A stretch of 32,000 nt of DNA from assembly GCA_024407725.1 (NCBI GenBank), contig JAKSVZ010000005.1:15402-47401 (forward strand), read 5' to 3'. This document shows, piece after piece, positions 28,599 to 32,000 of this stretch. The notes below the pieces were generated by a model. It did no database searches, was not told where the DNA came from, and saw only the letters and a program-made list of their open reading frames with translations. A program made the position numbers and the translations under genes. Within the stretch, counting starts at the first letter, position 1; each line of letters opens with the position of its first letter. Origin of the DNA: Opitutales bacterium (GTDB lineage Bacteria; Verrucomicrobiota; Verrucomicrobiia; Opitutales; UBA9783).

Positions 28599-28648
28599 CA
28601 CCACTTTGAATATATTTTACACCTAAACCAACCACTTTGCACCACCCC
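28599..28648 (-). promoter_or_regulatory. Candidate MraZ operator: direct (A)AAGTGG-type repeats at roughly 10-bp phasing upstream of mraZ
   Basis: The minus strand reads ACGGGGTGGT GCAAAGTGGT TGGTTTAGGT GTAAAATATA TTCAAAGTGG TGAAATAATA TAGGGGGTAG ATG. GTGG cores sit at plus-strand 28642-28645, 28632-28635 and 28601-28604, with a degenerate GGTG at 28620-28623. Confidence 0.4.
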
Positions 28649-28688
28649 GTCAACAAAAATTTTTATATTTTTTTATCGGTGAAATCGC

Positions 28689-28717
28689 TTGCTTTAACGG
28701 AGGGAAATCGGTATTTT
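28689..28717 (+). promoter_or_regulatory. Candidate sigma-70 promoter for the zinc peptidase/NUDIX pair
   Basis: TTGCTT (28689-28694), a 17-nt spacer, then TATTTT (28712-28717), 25 nt upstream of the ATG at 28743. Confidence 0.25.
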
Positions 28718-28742
28718 AATGGGCAAATAGGATAAATCTCCC

Positions 28743-29417
28743 ATGGAAGCTTATTTCACATTAATCCTGTTCCCGTTATTGATTGGTATTTGGGCACAAA
28801 TAAAAATTCATTCTAAATACACTCAGTGGTCGCAAGTACGCTCATCCAAAGGTTTACGCGGTGTTGATGCGGCTGCAGCGGTAATGGAACAAGCTGGAAT
28901 TCATGATGTAGAAATTGTGTGCATCGAAGGAAAGTTAACCGATCACTACGACCCAGTTCATCGACGTTTAGCCTTAAGCAGAGATAACTACAATGGTACT
29001 TCCTTGGCAGCTTTAGGAGTAGCCGCTCACGAAGCTGGGCACGCCATTCAACATAAAGAAGCCTATAAACCCCTCAAGTTACGTTCGGCGCTTATCCCTA
29101 TTACCAACTTTTCTTGTCAGATCTTGCCCTTTGTTTTGATGGGCGGTTTTTTAATGAACTTATTTGGACTCATTAAGCTGGCGGTTTTTATTTATCTGAT
29201 TTTAACGGTGTTTCAATTGATAACCCTGCCGGTGGAATTTGATGCAAGTGCGCGCGCAAAAAAGTTGCTATTGAACTTATCCATCATCGATTCAAACGAG
29301 TCAGTCGGTGTGTGCGAAACCCTCAATGCAGCTGCGTTTACCTATGTAGCAGCCTTTATTGCTTCATTGGGTCAGCTCATGTACTATTTAATGCTTTCAC
29401 AAAGACGCAATGACTAA
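28743..29417 (+). CDS. YugP-type membrane zinc metallopeptidase (Zn_peptidase_2 family)
   Basis: [17 protein letters not shown]...[17 protein letters not shown] (HExxH) flanked by TM helices, the characteristic family layout. Confidence 0.88.
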   Translation: MEAYFTLILFPLLIGIWAQIKIHSKYTQWSQVRSSKGLRGVDAAAAVMEQAGIHDVEIVCIEGKLTDHYDPVHRRLALSRDNYNGTSLAALGVAAHEAGHAIQHKEAYKPLKLRSALIPITNFSCQILPFVLMGGFLMNLFGLIKLAVFIYLILTVFQLITLPVEFDASARAKKLLLNLSIIDSNESVGVCETLNAAAFTYVAAFIASLGQLMYYLMLSQRRND

Positions 29418-29997
29418 TCAAGAACGATGGACTTGGGACCGCAAAAATCCCAGCGGATGGCAATTGGATAGCGAAGAAGTACTATCACGAGATTATTATT
29501 TTGGATCAGTAATATCCCGCAAAGCTCATAGAGGATCGCAGTCGATTGACTTTAACATTATCGATGCAAAAGATTTTGTTCAGTGTCTTGCAGTTACGAA
29601 GGATAATAACCTCGTACTGGTTAGCCAATTCCGTCCGGGCAACAAAGGATTAACGTTAGAGGTACCTGGCGGTTCCATTGAGCTGGGCGAACAGCCAATT
29701 GTTGCTGCAGAACGCGAATTAAGGGAAGAAAGCGGATACACCGGTGATAAGCCCGTATTATTATGGTCGGGTTTCGGCAATCCAGCTTTAGGTACGGCTC
29801 ATGCATTTTATTACTTAATTCGCAATTGCCAAAAAAGCCACGATACGTGTTTTGACCCAACCGAGGATTTAGCAACCTACTTATTGCCGGTAAATCAACT
29901 AGACAACGCGCTAGATGACGGTACTTTTTGCCACGCAATCACGGTTACCGGTCTTTTGCTGTTTCAGCGGTGGTTACGCCGGAATCCTGAAAGCTGA
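29410..29997 (+). CDS. NUDIX hydrolase (ADP-ribose pyrophosphatase-like)
   Basis: Complete Nudix box [24 protein letters not shown] (Gx5Ex7REUxEExGU). Overlaps the upstream gene by 8 nt. Confidence 0.88.
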   Translation: MTNQERWTWDRKNPSGWQLDSEEVLSRDYYFGSVISRKAHRGSQSIDFNIIDAKDFVQCLAVTKDNNLVLVSQFRPGNKGLTLEVPGGSIELGEQPIVAAERELREESGYTGDKPVLLWSGFGNPALGTAHAFYYLIRNCQKSHDTCFDPTEDLATYLLPVNQLDNALDDGTFCHAITVTGLLLFQRWLRRNPES

Positions 29998-30692
29998 AAC
30001 GGAGCAAAATCAGGCTCGCAGTAAGCTTCAAAGTGCAATTCATCAATTTTAATTTCCGCTGCGTGTAAATAGAGACGCTGCGCCTGTAACCTACGATTCC
30101 AATTGAACTGACCGTAGGTTTTATCCCCTAAAATCGGAAAGCCATGCGTTGCACATTGGATACGCAGTTGATGCGTGCGACCGGTAATGGGTCTTAACCG
30201 TACCAAGCTGATAACATCCTGCTCAAAACGTAAGGTTTCTAACCAAGTGACTTGCGTTTTGGCAGTTATCCCTTTGTGCGGCACACAGCGAGCTCTTAAG
30301 TGCTGCTGCGTTTTAGAAGCCTTAACAACCTCCAGTTGATCTTCCCAAAACATCTGTTTCGGAACTGCTCCTTTTACCAGCGCATAATACGCTTTATATA
30401 CTTTGCGATCCCTAAATAGCATACGGATTTTTTGCGCAAGCTTTAGCTCTGAACACAATAACACCAAGCCAGATGTAGGGCTATCTAATCGATTCAATAA
30501 ATAGATAGGATGATCATTGCATTGGTAAGCTTCCTCCTGAAAATCATAAGGGGCGACCATTAAACTGTTATTACACACCCCATCTTTATTAGGATGCGAC
30601 AAAACCCCAACGGGCTTATAAACAGCTAAAAGTCCATCAGATTGTTGGATGATCGATACGTTAGGATGAAAAAAGGTAGAATAGTTAAACAA
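29964..30692 (-). CDS. RluA-family pseudouridine synthase
   Basis: [14 protein letters not shown] contains the catalytic Asp motif, and [24 protein letters not shown] is also present. Confidence 0.9.
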   Translation of the reverse strand: MFNYSTFFHPNVSIIQQSDGLLAVYKPVGVLSHPNKDGVCNNSLMVAPYDFQEEAYQCNDHPIYLLNRLDSPTSGLVLLCSELKLAQKIRMLFRDRKVYKAYYALVKGAVPKQMFWEDQLEVVKASKTQQHLRARCVPHKGITAKTQVTWLETLRFEQDVISLVRLRPITGRTHQLRIQCATHGFPILGDKTYGQFNWNRRLQAQRLYLHAAEIKIDELHFEAYCEPDFAPFQLSGFRRNHR

Positions 30693-30694
30693 AA

Positions 30695-31909
30695 CTATAA
30701 AACCTTTATTTCAGGAACGAGCATAATCCATTGCTTACCCGCTTGCTTAAACTGAGGCTCTTTTGCAAATATATCTTGCGCATAATTCCAAATGAATAAT
30801 AACGCATAATCAGCATCCTTAGCCCAATCATTATCAAAAGCGCGTACAGGAACATGCTTACCGGGGCTAAATCTTCCTCGTTTCAAAGGCGCCGAATCAT
30901 AGATGCAATTAATAGTTTCGATCCCTATACCACAGTAATTAAGCACAGTAGTACTTTTTGCAGGAGCTCCATACCCAACAATACGTTTATGTTGAGCTTT
31001 TAAATCACTTAGTAAACGAATGGTATGCGCTTTATGCTGTTCACATTGTTTAGCGAAATTCAAATACGTTTCCAATTGATTCAGCTTCAACTCGTTATTT
31101 TCCTTCGCTTCAAATTGCAAAGCACTTTGCTCTATCGGGTGTTGACCCTTAAATCCAATAAAATAACGAATCGAACCACCATAGGTTGGATAAGTTTCAA
31201 TATGGAACAGCTCCATACCCACTTGTTCGAAAATAAACTTTATCGAATTAAAGCTAAAAAGGTAACGATGCTCATCATAAATTTGATCGTAAGCTATCTG
31301 GGTAATAACATTCCCTAAATAAGGATCCTCAAACACGAATACGCCATCCTGTTTTAACAAATGCTTAACACCAAGCGCCACATCGTTCATATTGCCAAAG
31401 TGGACATTTGCAACCGAAATTAAATCCGCCTTACCGCATTGATTGGCAATAGCTTGAGCACTTGTGCTATTAAATAATGTCACTTCAGTCTGAACCCCTC
31501 GATTCATAGCAATTTCTGCTACATTGGCAGAAGGTTCTATCCCTAAATGACGTATATTCTTTGCAGCAATATGGCATAACATACTGCCATCATTGCTTCC
31601 AAGCTCAACGATAAATGGATTAGCCTTTTGTTTTAACCAATGCTCACAGTACGATTGAGCCATTGCTTCAAAATGTTTGGTCATTACCTTTGAACCCGAA
31701 GTTTGAAAGGTATAATGGTCATGAAACAACTGGTTATCTTCAGGTAAATAAAGCAATTGGAAGCTTTTGCAATGTTCACAAAACCCAACAGCCAACTCAA
31801 AAAAATATTCGTTACTAAATTGGTCTTCTGTTAAAAAAGCATTAGCAATCGGCATCTGACCAAATGAATGAATTGGTGTTACCGTATGATCACAAATTTT
31901 ACATTTCAT
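30695..31909 (-). CDS. Class I SAM-dependent C-methyltransferase of the TylC3/TcaB9 sugar C-methyltransferase type
   Basis: N-terminal Cys4 zinc ribbon (CKIC...CEHC), SAM motif I VELGSNDGSML, and the C-terminal C-methyltransferase domain pattern IVGYGAPAKSTTVLNYCGI. Confidence 0.8.
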   Translation of the reverse strand: MKCKICDHTVTPIHSFGQMPIANAFLTEDQFSNEYFFELAVGFCEHCKSFQLLYLPEDNQLFHDHYTFQTSGSKVMTKHFEAMAQSYCEHWLKQKANPFIVELGSNDGSMLCHIAAKNIRHLGIEPSANVAEIAMNRGVQTEVTLFNSTSAQAIANQCGKADLISVANVHFGNMNDVALGVKHLLKQDGVFVFEDPYLGNVITQIAYDQIYDEHRYLFSFNSIKFIFEQVGMELFHIETYPTYGGSIRYFIGFKGQHPIEQSALQFEAKENNELKLNQLETYLNFAKQCEQHKAHTIRLLSDLKAQHKRIVGYGAPAKSTTVLNYCGIGIETINCIYDSAPLKRGRFSPGKHVPVRAFDNDWAKDADYALLFIWNYAQDIFAKEPQFKQAGKQWIMLVPEIKVL

Positions 31910-32000
31910 AGATTGATAATGAAATCGGACAACATAACAAAAAGTGGATGAGTTTTATCTTTATCGCTTAAAATAAGGCTATTTGTCTTCGGCCATTCAA
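31906..32000 (-). CDS. Possible 3' end of an upstream minus-strand gene (last 30 codons only)
   Basis: The minus frame opens at the window edge and reads EWPKTNSLILSDKDKTHPLFVMLSDFIINL*. It ends in a TGA that overlaps the methyltransferase ATG (ATGA at 31909-31906), the junction style typical of this window. It is too short to identify. Confidence 0.25.
   Translation of the reverse strand, partial: EWPKTNSLILSDKDKTHPLFVMLSDFIINL

Noticed and set aside
984-31318. Nested or antisense ORFs of 61-126 aa in the supplied track. Examples: 984-1169, 1764-2039, 1894-2103, 4261-4485, 6816-7246, 7361-7822, 8128-8313, 9047-9256, 10636-11706, 14705-15235, 15885-16127, 17462-17936, 20492-20818, 21522-22132, 22706-22915, 23500-24280, 25031-25502, 25733-26023, 27114-27323, 29580-29938 and 31025-31318.
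   Set aside because: Each lies wholly inside, or antisense to, a gene with strong motif support. Their translations are low-complexity or Cys/Arg-rich with no motifs. They are treated as chance ORFs.
1-32000. CRISPR arrays, IS elements or transposases, toxin-antitoxin pairs, known defence-system genes, riboswitches or T-boxes upstream of metK, trpS and tyrS.
   Set aside because: No spaced repeats, transposase or integrase motifs or nuclease/ATPase defence signatures were seen. The leaders of metK, trpS and tyrS are 0-35 nt long, too short for riboswitch or T-box structures.

Overview
The window is a compact, about 90% coding stretch of a diderm bacterial chromosome; lpxK and a Pal-type lipoprotein are both present. 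GC is moderate, about 42-53% in hand-counted housekeeping lines. Taxon cannot be determined from sequence alone, and the orphan prepilin-type protein is only a weak hint of a PVC-like lineage. Positions 811-22203 form one co-directional plus-strand run: EamA transporter-metK, a two-gene orphan module with a formyltransferase-fold protein, an ECF sigma/anti-sigma/DegS-like protease trio, accB-accC plus an Asp23-like gene, trpS, a prepilin-like gene, pyrG, pal, lpxK, holA, pgk, tpiA, tRNA-Ser(CGA), an MFS transporter and tyrS. Three accessory-looking genes follow tyrS. Positions 22379-28580 on the minus strand carry a truncated dcw cluster (mraZ-rsmH-ftsL-ftsI-murE-murF). The window ends with a YugP-type zinc peptidase, a NUDIX hydrolase, an RluA-family pseudouridine synthase and a sugar-type C-methyltransferase. 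No CRISPR array, IS element, integrase or rRNA was seen. The best candidates for something undescribed come in this order. (1) The module appended to tyrS at 19274-22203: two tandem mosaic GT-A-like paralogs plus an AT-rich orphan membrane/coiled-coil gene. (2) The translationally coupled orphan plus divergent formyltransferase-fold pair at 2871-4108. (3) The self-contained ECF sigma/anti-sigma/PDZ-protease operon. (4) The accBC-linked Asp23-like gene. All functional calls rest on motif recognition by eye; no database searches were run.
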